In this document: positions 27,201 through 40,480 of the stretch, one piece after another | Layout of the letters: every line of letters begins with the position of its first letter | How positions within the stretch are numbered: position 1 is the stretch's first letter | Notes under the pieces: model-generated | The model's input: only the letters and a program-made list of their open reading frames with translations | Told to the model about the DNA's origin: nothing | Databases searched by the model: none | Made by a program: the position numbers and the translations under genes | Assembly: GCA_030248215.1 (NCBI GenBank) | Contig: JASANG010001276.1 | Span: 1-64,000 of the forward strand | Length of the DNA stretch: 64,000 nucleotides | Reading direction: 5' to 3' | DNA from: Enoplolaimus lenunculus | Lineage: Eukaryota

Positions 27201-30200
27201 CAAGATACTTAGAGGCAAAAGTATGGGTACGATTTTTGCACTTGTCTTACAAATACTCTAAAACCAAGTAAATAAACGAAATTAACGACCAACGAAACAT
27301 ACGTACGTGATATAAAAACTAAAAATTCAAACCTTCATGTAGCTTAAAGCGCATTCTTGAACAGCCACAACGGCATCCATGTGATACAGTTCGTAAAATT
27401 TACCGACCTAGAAAATGATACATTACAGCATCGAATTTTTATCTAGACCCAGTAGAGATTACTACAAAACTGCACTCAGATAGGCTCTAAAAATCAAACA
27501 TCCTTACATACAGCAATTAAATGCATGATAATAGACTTATGGCAGTAGAACATTATACCACATAACAACTAAAAATATGACCCGTTTTCATGCTTATATC
27601 AGTGCTTAAGTCACAGTTGCAAAATATAAAACAAATGCCGAAATTAAAATTAGCTTCAACATTTAGCACACAATAATTTATTATATGCTTTACTGACGAT
27701 TGCTACTTGGTGGATAACGTTACTCCACGCTTACCTTGAAGAAAAGTATTGTATCAAAATGGCGCATTTTGAATTCCCACCATTGTCTGTGACCCTAAAC
27801 TGTGAACATAAACGGTACAGAAGGTAAGCACGCTGACTACGGTAGATATATCTATAGAGTCAAAATCTGAAATGATTCGGAAGGTTAAAGTGAAATGGAT
27901 GAGACGAGCAGTAAATATAAACATTTTCTCGGTAAATGTAACAAAGTCCATTGGAGAAACATAACCAGCATCTTGGGTTTCCCTAGGGTGCTGGCCAATG
28001 GGCGATACATGACAATCGTCATTCCAGTGGGGAGGAGCTGTGGGCAGAGATGTGCGGTCTCGGTCAGAAACATCCGAGATCTAGACACAACTACTAAGAT
28101 CGAGACTTCTTGGTCTCGGTCTAGGTTAATTTTGGGTCGTTACCGTAAATAAAAATAGTTTTTCCAACAGCAGATGTGAACGCTTTTCGTACATCTTTTC
28201 TGTTTTAGCGTAAAAAATGCTGTATCTGCTAAGAGTTTGCAGTTAATTTATAAATAATTAAAGTAAAAAACACCGCAAAATTTATTATTCAACTTATTTT
28301 TTATTTTATTCACCTACCATTTGCTGAATTATTGAAACTTGAGATATAATGAGTTTTATATAAAAGTTTTGTAATAAAACACAAACTTAGCTAAAAATAA
28401 ACCAATGCAATAGATATCCGTTTGTTGTGAACGTTGAGCAGAAAATCGGGAATGTGCTTTTTCTTTCAGCCTCGGTTTGAAACCCACCGCTGAACACCGA
28501 AATTTGCCGAAACCGAGACCGCACATCCCTGGTCGGTGGGAGATAAGTAAATTCTTGTACCTTAAAATTCATGTTTTCGCGGTTTACAACCTAGCTGGGT
28601 GCTCAGTCCATATAGAAGGAGTAATTTTGACCTCGAATGTGGATGGGCAAACCATCCCACTAGGGAAACCACAGAGTATGGTCAAGTATGGCTGTCAAAA
28701 ACTAGATAAAATAAAAAGGACAAGTAGTACACAACTTTTCCCCAAGCCAGTAAGTAGTTTTGCATAATTATTCGTGTTAACTACAACTACCGGAGTTTGA
28801 TCTTTAATAAAGGCTTCTGGAACATATAAAGTCCTTGAATCAAAATCCGGATCGTCAAACGTTCTTCTACTAATATCCCTACAAATTCAAAACCATCAAT
28901 TTCATTTTCAGGGTTAATGATTCGCAAACAAAATAAATGCACGCGTACAAATTTAAAATGCATATTTCAAAAAAGAGCGCATTATTATTTAAGTAACATT
29001 ACAGGTTCTAAAAACTACCAAACAAATATAGCGTACGTATTTATAATATTTTTAGCTATTTTTAAAGAAGTGCGACTTTTGAGTGATTCGCTCAGCAAAA
29101 TTACTGATTCAATCTCAAATTATGGAAATATTCTTAAGGACGAATCTATTTGATGGCGTGCGGCAATTTTTAACAAAAAATGTTATCGTGACAGGCGCAG
29201 GCGTCCGACGGCGCGCCGCGAGTATAGCGTAACCTTTAGTCTGACGTCAACGTAACTGTTGCAAAATAGCAGAAAGGGTTGTATTTGAACGCATTCTTAA
29301 ATTTTCATAAAGAAATCACAAATTATCGTCGAAAAAACATACTCAACTTTTGGAATGTATAACATTATATACGAATACTGTTGACATATTGAATTTATCT
29401 ATCTAAACCTTTTGAATCAGTGATACAACTTAAACTTTTCCATAAAGTATATTATTTTGGAGTATGAAACATTTTCAATTTTTTAATCTTTTCAATTGTC
29501 GGAGTGACAGAATAAAGATAGAAAATGCAATGTCTCCAGCAGCTTTAGTACCATCTGGAGAAGTCTATATTAATCTATCATTCTTTTATTGTATATTAAT
29601 GAATGTGCAGATGCGATTATTGAGCCCCAAATTGAGCAATTTACGGAAGACTACAAAATTTTCAATGAAATAAAGAACGAAAACGATATAGTTTTAGTGC
29701 GGAGAGGTTTAGATAATTTTCGTAATGGTGTGAAAACTAGCAATTAAATTTTTCAATAAATATTGAAAAACGTCGTTTCAGTTACCATGGTGAATATTGA
29801 AATATGAATATGTCGTGAACAACTGGCGTTTTGACTACGTATTTACGTGCGGACGTTTAAAAAAATTTTGAGTCAAAAACCACCGCTCACCTGCGATTGC
29901 TTTCCTTCAAAAATTCAAAATCATTATGCTTGAACTTGAATTGTCCAGGTAAACCCACTTCCGTAGAGGGACTTTGCACCTAGAATAGAAACAAGTAGCT
30001 GAATTTGTGCAGCACTAAGGAAACAAAGAACAAAGACAACTGTTTCTATTACATAAACTGCATTCACTCTTCAATTGAGTTGCATAGTATGAAAGATGCT
30101 TACATCAGGTGAAATGAAATTGTCTAGAAAACGCTTAGATCGTTCAGAAATCGTTGCCGGAGTTCGAGCGAGAATTTTCGACGTAGTTGATGACACAGGA

Positions 30201-33200
30201 ATCTTGGGCAAACTAGTGGCAGTTGTTTCACATTTGGAAACTCCAGTTGTTGCGGGTGTGTCGGCCAAATACTGAGCGAGGGATGACGTTTCCATGGTTG
30301 AGTTCATGTTCTTTTCCTTTCCAGAATGCTCTGTTTGTTTTGATAAGTTCGACCTGTTGCAAGTTTTCTGAAAGAAATCAATATTAGAGATGTGCCGATT
30401 AATCCACCGGTATCATCGGAATTACAAGGGAATCTGTAATGTAGTAACTGAATTGCTCTCTAAGTCTCGTTTATTAAAATTGAAATCGGTATCGGTATCG
30501 GTTCGGCATCGGCATATTTTCATTCGGCACCTCGGCCAGCACGTTATCTGCAGGGATCTAATCGCGCCAGTTTTTATGTACGATTCACAATTGACTCGCA
30601 TGAAAATCAATTATTGCGCTCAAGTCTCGTTTCAAAAAATAAAATCACAACAATGTACACGGTATTTTCTATTTTCCCACGGTTTGCTCTACACACTACG
30701 CAATATTTTCATTAGAATTGAAAAATACCTTTCAGCACCACTGCGCGAAGCTGACCAATAATCAGACGTAGCGTGGAAAAACTACACCGGGAATGCTCAT
30801 AACCTTTGCAATACCTTGTGTTTGGTTTTAATAGCTTCTTGCTCATCAGTACAATCATCTTCAGTGTTTTCCTTTTCTGACTGAAGTCCTTCTTCAGAAT
30901 CACTTGAGCACTTTTCAGGTTCTGGCTCGTACTCACCTAAATCAACATTACTTATAAATAAGAATGAGCCGATACCAAACTTTTGCCGATGCTGATTCTT
31001 ATTTTGAAAATATGCTGATAGCGAACCGATGTCCATCCAATTTAAGTACACCATGCTTAAAAACAGAAACAATACTACTTTACATCATTATTCGAACACT
31101 TAAACCTTAACCACCATAAACGATTATATTTTACGACGATTTATTTAAATAAATTTTTTCAAACATAAACGCAAGAGTGATAACAGATTCCCTGATAAAG
31201 CACACTGATATATGACAAAAAGTGACACTGATAGCATTCCAACTGATTCTAATGTTCAAAAAGTATTGGCAAAGAATAGGCAACTTTTTTGCAATGCCGA
31301 TGCCGACACTCACGAAGAGTGTCCAATATTATCGATACCGATAAACCGGCACATCCCTACTTTTAAAAATAATAAAAGGCATTATTTCCTTCGACTGTGT
31401 GTCAAAATTGGGCGCAAATTAAACTATAAAATATGAAAATCAGAACAGTAATTTCATACCAGAATCGAAACTAATTTTTTAATACTTGTTAAATTCCTCA
31501 TTTAAATGTTGCAACTTTATACTTAAGCATCACTTTTGTGCCATCCCCTGCTGTAAAGATAAACGTACGTACTTTCGCTCTCGTCCGATACAATTACGCG
31601 TCGTCGTTTTCCGGTACATCGAGTCAACTGGAAGGAATAAAAAGTTGTTCCGTAGCCAAATAGTGTATATGATGCACATAGTTGATACAACAACTTATTG
31701 AGCAACATTACAAGATGAAATTTTCACAAAGTCTGTCGATGCTTAATACGGATCAGTCAAACAAAAAATTGAAATAATATGCTAAGCGCAAACCCACCCC
31801 ATATAATATTGGTTTGGAACTCTTGTTCCGGCCGGCCAGAATTCCTGCGGAAATTCAATTCCTGTTCCTGTTCCTGCTATGAAAGACACAGGAACCGGAA
31901 TTTTTACGGTTTTTGTCAAATTATTCATAATCATGTAAATATTCGAAAATTTGTCTTTGAAAAATTGTTATTTCGAAACGAGTGTTTTTGCAATTAGTTT
32001 AATCTTGTTAATAAACTGTTTCTGATTTGTTTTCGCAAAACTCGATTGTGAAATAGCTGAAATTTTGCTTAAGCCTTTTTTGGTAAAATTTGCTGAAAAG
32101 TCAAACAGGAATTCGGTGACGAAAATTATTTCAAATTCCGGTTCCTGTTCCTGTTCTGGTTTCGGCAAAGAAATTCAATTCCTGTTCCTGTTTCTGTTTC
32201 AGCAAAATTTATTTCCCGTTGCAACCATGATATATAACAGGTTTCGACCAGAATTCTTACAAAAATTCAAAAATATGGGAAACTTTTGACTTTAAAAAAA
32301 TTCCTGTTGCTGTTCCAGTTCCTGCAAAAAAATTCAATTCCTGTTCCTGTTCAGCGAAAATTCAGTTCCTGTTCGAACCCTGATATATAATCAGGGTGCG
32401 ATGGAATATCCGGATCTGGCAACAATCGATATCCGGCTCCGGTATTTTAACTTGCGGATACTATACTATTTTTAAAAACTTCAAATAATTTATACCATCA
32501 CTCGAATTTATGCCAAATACCATCGAACTGACATCGAACTGATTGACATACTTTTACATATTTTTTCTGTCAGACAAGTAATGTAAATTTTTGCACGTGA
32601 CCGTGTACGTTCACAATCTTTATTGGGTGACAATAACGCTGGACAACCAGATATAGACGACGAGTGTTATTCTAGAGGTGTTACACAATATGTATCAGTA
32701 TATTTCTATTATTCCTAAGGCTAATTGAGACCACTTAAGTCTAAACCTAAACAAAAATAATAGCTTTAATGCAAAGCAGGGATAGGAACTTTTGGTCAGG
32801 TCATCACCGAAAAAAATAAAATTTTAAAAATAAATTATTTCTAATGCTTTGGATATCTGCTAATAATTATTGTACAACTATTAAAATTCATAGATTCGTA
32901 GCGAAATTTTATTCATCAGGCGTTATCTGCCTAAACAATATTAACTTCTGCTTTTTTGCAGGTCTATCAGCATTTTCTGAATGCTCGACTTCTAGTGTCG
33001 GTTCCAACCCACCGACTATTACTTCTAGTCTCGGTTCCAAACCAACGAGACTCAAAAAACGAAACCGAGACTGAGACCGAGACCATGACAATAATGAACG
33101 TCCAAATATGCAAAAATTTACAGAATGAGTCCATAAACTTTGTCAAGTAAACACTTTGGGTACCTTAAGCCACGGAACGAAAAATTAAGCTACGTTCTGA

Positions 33201-35220
33201 TATCTGAATGCAATCTAGTATTAGATTGGAATCCATTATACGGCTCCGGCCAAATACTAGATTATACGGCTGCGTCAGTTTTTGGTATATATCCGGTGGC
33301 ACCCTGATATATAATATACATGCAAACAAATTCCGAACTGCAACACTCATCTAACGTATTACATATTACCAAAGACCAAACCATGAGTGGATCTACAGTG
33401 TATATATGTAACTCCCACGCAGTTTCACATTTAAAATTTTCATTCTTTAAAAAATGAAAAAAGTTAAAAACATATTGCCGAAGATTGTTGGATTCGGTTT
33501 TTCACCACCGAATTCGAATCCGAACGGCAAATTTTTGCCGAATCCGAATTTGAACCTTTGTTGCCACCACAATTATTCTCAATACAATTAGCAGCCCACC
33601 GAGGTAGTAGTTGATCTTTTCTGCGCAATACTTGGCGTATCTTTGACAACAGACTCTGTCGAACTGCGGCATTCATCTGTACGTTTCTCTGGAAAATTAA
33701 CAAGTATTTTCTATTATGTTGCTGTACGTGAACATTGATAAGTCTACCAGGTTTTTACTGCGCATCCATGAACGTTTTAAAATACATGTTGTTGTTGTAT
33801 TGTCAATTCATCTCCATGCCATAGATACGTATGCATATACATATACTATACATAAATATTTTGAAAACCACAAATTACTTTATTGCAAACAACACATAAA
33901 CAGATGATCATTTCCGCTCTACGGCATGAATAAGCGGGTACGAGTTTCTAGAAAAACCAAGGGGTGTAACATGCGGAAGCATGCAGGATGCAACCGGTAT
34001 TTCGATTCCGTATAGAATTCTGACTCAAAACGAGTTTCGATTCCGATTCCGATTGCACAATCAATCATAATCGGAATTTTGATTAGGGATGTGCCGATAC
34101 CAAAATTTTTGCCGATGCCGATTCTTATTTTAAAATTTTGCCGATGCCGAACCGATGCCGATTCCAACTTTAGTACACCATGTTTAATAAGCAGATAAAA
34201 TACTACATTACGTTATTATATGAATGCTTAAACCTAACCATCATAAACGATTATATTACCGGAACTGTAATCCGAAGCCAAATCGACACTAAACATTTTG
34301 TAACTGCACGGATAATTTGCATTGACAAATATAATTTTGATTTAAGATGCATGTTGGCTGGCAGCAATTTTCCAAAACATCGCATGAATAAATTGGTGAT
34401 GATTTTTGGTTCTGTTAAGCTAAACAATAATAAATTATTGATAAGTTAACTAATCGAAATCAATTTAATAGATAATTAATATAGAATTTTTATTCAACAT
34501 ATATATCACAACAAACAGGATTAAAATTAAAAAAATCTAAAATACAGCAGATTAATTAAATTCATATCTTTGAACTAAGGTTACTTCATCAATAATATAA
34601 AGTAGCATTAAAATGAATTTTTAGGCGCATGTATTTTTAACTTTCCGGTTCCGGTAAGTTGTTTCTTATTCCGGTTACGGTTCCGGTAAGATATAATTCC
34701 GGTTGCACTCTGTGTGCAACTTATGCAGCATCTAGTGCAAATTTAAGATTCTTGCAAGGCATAAAAACCTAAAACTCAGCAGCTGATTATGACGCGGCGC
34801 GACTCAGTGGTCGGTAGCGCGCTTCAATAAGAATCTATGTCAATTATGCGTGATAAAATAGAAACTTCGTCAGAGCGCCCCTCATTAGCAGCTGCAAGCG
34901 CACAAAACTCGTATCCTAAAGGCAACCAACTTATGACAGCTACACAACGAAGAAGCAACAGATGTGCGGTTCAGTTTTAACATGTGGAGAAAAATCGACA
35001 TAATGCTATGGTAAGCGAAATAGACATTTGCATGTTACACCGACTTAAGACTGGGAATTTCGACATCCGATCGCATTGTCGGTGACTGACAGCTATATAT
35101 GTACTAACCTGTGTTGACAGTTTGCTGTTTGCTGCCAGTAGTATTCCAAGCGCACGTTTTTCGCTGTGGGTTTGAACCTGTCGGTGTCTTATTAAAATAC
35201 GACAGTAATGTTTTGGGCAT
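15281..35220 (-). CDS. msh-6: DNA mismatch repair protein MSH6 (MutS-alpha subunit), ~1238 aa, 32 exons
   Basis: Exons in transcript order: 35220-35109, 33688-33600, 31627-31573, 30936-30815, 30367-30104, 29979-29891, 28878-28791, 27794-27735, 27407-27333, 27073-26941, 26836-26691, 25890-25828, 25498-25427, 25144-24816, 24437-24296, 24031-23920, 23680-23518, 23263-23090, 22275-22191, 21904-21850, 21680-21580, 21300-21196, 20871-20747, 20330-20198, 19525-19427, 19152-19039, 18895-18808, 18399-18289, 17797-17664, 17509-17375, 16625-16558, 15356-15281. All are GT-AG and phase-consistent (3717 nt). Motifs: PIP-like [25 protein letters not shown]...[15 protein letters not shown] (mismatch-binding Phe-X-Glu), HPDSRAVFF, Walker [10 protein letters not shown], Walker [21 protein letters not shown]. 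The N-terminal low-complexity exons are the least certain. Confidence 0.96.
17512..17537. repeat. (AAT)n microsatellite abutting an MSH6 splice acceptor
   Basis: On the minus strand it reads (ATT)n-TAAG|TCG into exon 17509-17375. Confidence 0.85.
28045..28531. mobile_element. hAT-type MITE with (GGTCTC)n subterminal motifs, in an MSH6 intron
   Basis: TIRs CAGAGATGTGCGGTCTCGG...CCGAGACCGCACATCCCTG. Confidence 0.8.
31810..33306. mobile_element. Three tandem hAT-type MITEs in MSH6 intron 2
   Basis: Elements ~31810-32229, 32238-32382 and 32392-33306, each followed by ATATATAA(T). Confidence 0.7.
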
Positions 35221-35404
35221 ATTTATTTGTTAATTTCCCCAAAATTATTGGTATATGTAGGTACCTAAGCTCGCAACACTCAAATAATTTACATTAAGTA
35301 GCAGGGTAACACCGAATCTGCAAATCTACGTCCTTCGCAAAAACCAATTATTTTGTGCCAGACCCAAGTTCTGAGATTTGTGCCTGAAACAAAAATGTTG
35401 ATTT

Positions 35405-35741
35405 CAGGGTGCAACGGGAATTCCGGTTCCGGTTTAAAAATTCCGGTATTAAAATTTGGTAGGTGGGAATTAAGATATTTTACTAAAAAACGACCATAAA
35501 ATTAAATAATTACATTCGTATAGTATATCAACCTTGAAATCGCCAAATATAAACCGTCGAAAGTAGATTTCGCATCCGTGGATTATAAAAATCTAAAATA
35601 CAGCAGATAAAGTGAATGCCTATCTCCAACTAGGGTTATTTCACCAATAATATTGCAAAAAAGAAAATTAAAATGAATTTTTAGGTGACATGTATTTTTC
35701 ATTTTCCGGTTCCGGTAAATTCTAATTCCGGTTGCACCCTC
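35405..35741. mobile_element. hAT-type MITE (family of 1500-1961) nested in an older MITE, ~185 bp upstream of the MSH6 ATG
   Basis: CAGGGTGCAAC...GTTGCACCCTC with a perfect TSD GTTGATTT (35397-35404, 35742-35749). Confidence 0.88.
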
Positions 35742-36829
35742 GTTGATTTATATGGCAAGTTATTTAAAATTTTTATTGTTTAAAAACGTAGGTACATCAC
35801 ATAGTAAAGAACACCGTTGGATTCGGTTTTTCACAACCAATTCTGTTACCAATTGAGATATCGCAGCACTGCTTCAACTACTTGTTCTAGCTATCATATG
35901 CGTTGTTTACCAGTGTACTATGTTGTGTAGGTACTGCGCAGCTACTATGCAATGTGTATTACGGGTTGACTTTTTACGTGCGGTATGTATTCTGAAGTGC
36001 AGTATTGAGTCAGTCTCCGTCTTAATATTTAAGTAATTTTGTATGACAAGTTTTTAAGTTATTATTCTTAAGTGCCCGCTATTCCGTGAGCTAGCTTTGA
36101 AATTTGTTTGAGCCGAGCCGAATTTAATGTCAAGTATTTGTGGAAAAGTTGCACTAACTTGCTTTACATTAACAAGCTGATTCATTTAGATTCGAAGAAC
36201 TGAAGTTGCACAACACAGGAACCATTTCCAATCAGCTCAACAGATTTGTCGTCGTATTAGAAAAATGGCTAATTTGATATCTAATATTTTATATAGGTAA
36301 GTCACGGATAGACACATCTTCATATATATTCATAAAACGGTGGTTGGTTTTTGTTTAAATTTGAAGATTCCGTGCCAAGAGCAACCAATATGTTTACATA
36401 AGTCAAACAAATTTTGAGTTGCAACTATGACGAAAACTTAGTTCAGCTATTAAAATTTAAATTATTTGGCTAGTTCAAGTTATGTGTCGCATCTCTAGCA
36501 AACGTACTTATTAAAAGCAAATAAATACGCAACGTTCGTATTCGCATAGGACAGTCTAATTTTGTTCAGATTTACATTTCCTTTCCCGGACGCTCTTTAT
36601 AACGCCGAAAACTAAGTTCAATGACTTTGAAAGTCAAAAATTTATTGAAATGTGGGCATATCGGTGTAAAGGTTTTTCCACATTTCTGCGCTATGAGGTC
36701 AGGACTGGTCAAAAACGAGGATTTTCGACTGATCAGAAGGCGGGTGTGGTCTAGTTTCCGGTCGATTCTGGAACAGTTTAATACAACAGCCTGAGGTTAT
36801 TACCGGTTTTTATGCATCCGCGTGTCACA

Positions 36830-39800
36830 CAGACAGAACTGCATGAGGAAACCTGAAAGAGTCATTATATCATACGCTGAAATGTCACCGGAGCATTGCA
36901 ATGTCCGAAGATCATCGATGTGAACTCAAGCAGACCTTCGTGACAGATGAAGGCTGTCTTTTCGCCATCTGCTTCGTCAATCGGACTTGCCAATAACCCG
37001 ATTGCAGATCGATGGTTGAAAAGTACTTCACACCATTCTACGCATCTAATGTATCGTCAATGCGAGGTAATGGAAAACGATCTTTTTTATAATGCGTTGA
37101 GTGGTCGACAATCAATACGTACGCGAGCGATTCCATTTTTCTTATTCGCCAAGACATCCTGAAATGCCCAAGGGCTTTTCGATGGATGAATCACACACTG
37201 ATCACGCATTCTTTGATACTTTTGCTGAGTGTTTCACATTTTTGATATTGTATTAACGTCAAGACTTGTATGTTTGATTTGGTCATTCGATTTGGCAAAG
37301 AGATCGTGTTTGATATGCAACATGCGCTTCAGTAACTGCTTTTCAGAACAGTCAAATTTGGAATCGTCAAAGTTGAGTTTATTTGACAAGTCTACGTTGG
37401 TTTGTTTTAATTGTTGTTTCAACGATTGACAAAAACGCGTGACTTGTTCAGCAGGTTGTCGGCGTTTGTTGTATCGAGTGACATTTGCAATTTCGACAGA
37501 CGGTTTGTTGTCATTTCGATCGATTTGGTCAATATCTGACAGTGAATCCATATGTTGGTATTCTGTTTCGCGATCAAGTATAATTTCGTTAACATCAACG
37601 TAGCGTCTTTTGATACTCGACCCATGCGCATTATGTCGTGAAGGCAGGTGGCACAGATTAGATTATCACTAACGTTTGTGACTGGTATATTGTGAGGAGT
37701 CTTGAATCGAACATATTGCGTTGTGCGAGCAGGTATTTGAATTTGAACCGTTTGGTCGAATTCGCAAACTTGTGCCCTCTTGGTTGCAATATTTGCTTCG
37801 TTGCCGAGTGGAGACGATCAAGCCCATGATGGAATCACATCGTTGAGATAGTGAACGTTCATCTTCTAATAATCGATCGGCCACCTGAAGATACGTAATG
37901 CATCATCTCCAATTATTAATACCTGAAACATGCGTTTTAATTAGCGGACAATCGTTTATGATCGTTAGGGTTTAAGTCTTCATGTGATGATGTAATGTAG
38001 TATTTTATCTGTTTGTTAAGCATGGTTTGCTAAAGTTGGAATAGGCATCGGTTCGGCATCGGCATCGGTTCGTCATCGGCCAAATTTCAAAATAAGAATC
38101 GGCATCGGCAAAAATTTTGGTATCGGCATATCCCTTTATAGAACCGTTGTCAGCGAATCCATAACAGTCGATAATGTCTATAGTGTCAATTTTGCAATTG
38201 TATTGACAAGTTCTTGTATTGTATAATCGTCAATTTCAGCTTCGATAAGAAACGTGACGCTTTATTGGTGAAATAACAGCTCGCGTCAACAGATGTACTT
38301 GTGTGTAGTTTAAAACCAGCAGTCGTCAATTGTACCAAGGACGGTTGGCCAGTTTTGCGCACACCCCATGCTGTAGAGATGCCTCGAGGTGCAGCAGATG
38401 ACTGTTGTGTCAGCGCCGGTTGTTGACGTACGTTGACTGGCGCATATTCAGTTTACGAGATTGTAGTATTTGTCTTACAGCGTAAAGGCGCATTCGATAT
38501 TTAAGGTCCCGAGTAGTGCAACAAGGCGTCCCCCAAGGCGCCATCCTATCGCCAACATTGTTCAACCTGGTAATGTCAAAGGCTCCGATTCCACCACCAA
38601 ACATCAAACTGGTTTCGTATGCCGATGACATGTCGCTGTTAACTTCCGGGCCAACAACCCTGTCCGACTGGCTCCAAAACCGCCACCTTCGGCTCTCACC
38701 AGGTAAATCAACGGCAACAACGTTCACCACGTTCACACATGAAGTCAACAAAGCACTGCCGATCAAAGTGAATGGCTCAACAATCCCAACAACATGAAAA
38801 CCGAAAATTTTGGGAGTTGTCTTCGACAGCATGCTGACGTTTTCGCACCAGGCCACTCAGGTTACTGGCGCCCTACGTAAGCGAAACGCAGTTTTACACG
38901 CGATATCTGGATCAACATGGGGTAAGCAGAAAGAAACCCTGCTAGTCACCTATAAAGCGATCGGAAGATCAGTGCTCAACTACGGTGCCCCCGTATGGTC
39001 TCCAGGCCTTTCCAGTAGCAGATGGCAAGAACTCCAACGCCAGCAAAACAGTGCCAGCCGTACTAACCGGATGCCTGCGGAAAACGAAAGAAGAGCACCT
39101 CCATCTAGAAACCAGTATGCTGCCAGTCAAAGAGCACAACCTGATGCTTTCGGAGCAGTATTTCCTCAGATGCCACCTTCAAGATCATATCAGCCATCAA
39201 ATCGCCAATAATCCAGCGGTCCCCAGCCGCCTCATGCGTCACACTCTCGCCAGTACGTTTCCAGATCACAATCGTTGGCATGACATGGGTCCACTCGACA
39301 ACAAAAAATATCGCGCTTTGCTCAAGATCATCCATGACAAAGCACATCAAGATGGAGTCAGAAACTACAAACCACCGGTCCTGCTGGGAGGCTATCCGCC
39401 GCCACTGTCAAACGAGGAGAAGAAACTGCCCAGGAGCACCCGTTGCAAGCTAGCCCAACTCCGTGCTGGCTACTCAAGCATCCTAAATAATTATCTGGCC
39501 AAGATCAACCATGATGTAGTGGATGCATGTTCCTTGTGCTCCGCGACTCCTCATGACACGATACATTTGTTCAATTGCCCGGCCAATCCCACATCTCTGA
39601 CGCCAGAAGCTTTATGGACGAAGCCGGTTGAAGCTGCCACACTCCTTGGGCTCGACATCAACGGTGACTCGTAGCACAAAGGCGTTACAACATCAAGAAC
39701 GGCTTAGCATGTGATTCGCTAGCAACAACAGTACTTGGTGCAGCAGCAGACATTTGCTGTTTTCGTGTCGTAATTTTGGTGTAAATTCGTTTGTTTTGCT

Positions 39801-40480
39801 ATCTGGCTATGTTGTATACTGTGTTGGACCGAATTTTGTAGTTGTTTTTTTATTGTAGGCATTGCACTGATTTGTGCGACGCAGCGAGTTTTAATAGTTC
39901 TATCTGTTGTCAAATTTCGACTTTTGCTGGTCACGATCTTGACATTGCACATTTCGCAAATTTAGCATTTGTTCGATTTTTGCAATGGGAATCTTCAAAT
40001 GACGAAAACCTTCGTCAATGCCAGCAGTGAATTTGTGAAACATTTGTGCCTTCATGTTGCGCCAGCCAATGTGTTGACATCTCCGGTTTGACGGATACTT
40101 TGAAGTTTCGCTAGATGTTCTGGAAACGATGTTGAATGCGAAAAACTTTGTTCGAAATATTTGACGACTACTTGGTAATCCAATGCCGTGAATGGACGAC
40201 TAGGATTCTCGATGTATTGTCAATAGTTCTCACTAGGGGCGAATTTTTGTCGAACTTGTTCTTGAACCATTTCCATTTTTCGTCGTCATTGGTGACCTTA
40301 TGTTCATCGAGCTGTCGATTGAACTTTTTGAACCATTTGTCAAAGTCGTTGGTGGCATCGGTATCGGATACGGATTTGTTACGTGCACCGACGTGTTTGC
40401 GTTGACGTTTGATACGTTAGCACGCTGTTCTAGTTGATTAGCTTCGTCAATTTTTCAATCGTCATCGCCATCGTACGCGA
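36830..40480 (-). mobile_element. Decayed Ty3/gypsy LTR retrotransposon (gag-protease-RT remnant)
   Basis: Minus-strand translation across stops and frameshifts: gag-like DFDKWFKKFNRQLDEHKVTNDDEKWKW (~40350-40270) and KLQSIRQTGDV (~40110-40077); protease-like LIEAEIDDYTIQELVNTIA (~38250-38190, cf. ALVDTGA); RT VIHPSKSPWAF..KKNG..RIDCRPLNAL, DRFPLPRIDDTLDA*NGVKYFSTIDLQSGYWQV and EKTAFICHEGLLEF..FGHCNAPVTFQRM (~37200-36870). Truncated before YxDD; no LTR pair identified. Confidence 0.92.
38500..39695 (+). mobile_element. 5'-truncated non-LTR retrotransposon (LINE): RT C-terminal half plus CCHC tail, nested in the gypsy element
   Basis: QGVPQGAILSPTLFN, YADD, PKILGVVFD, WGKQKETLLVTYKAIGRSVLNYGAPVW, and C-terminal LAQLRAGYS..CSLCSATPHDTIHLFNC. 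In-frame TGA at 38795-38797 and a frameshift near 39055. Short 3' end ending in TTACAACA. Visibly GC-richer than the flanks. Confidence 0.93.

Noticed and set aside
27800..28740. Coding-looking intronic sequence split by a MITE in an MSH6 intron
   Set aside because: Rejoining the flanks gives short frames with no recognisable motif, so a gene or viral insert cannot be supported.
36560..36830. Possible LTR of the gypsy remnant (TGTGACA start and AATAAA on the minus strand)
   Set aside because: No matching second copy was found near the gag end (40500-41100), so it is unsupported.
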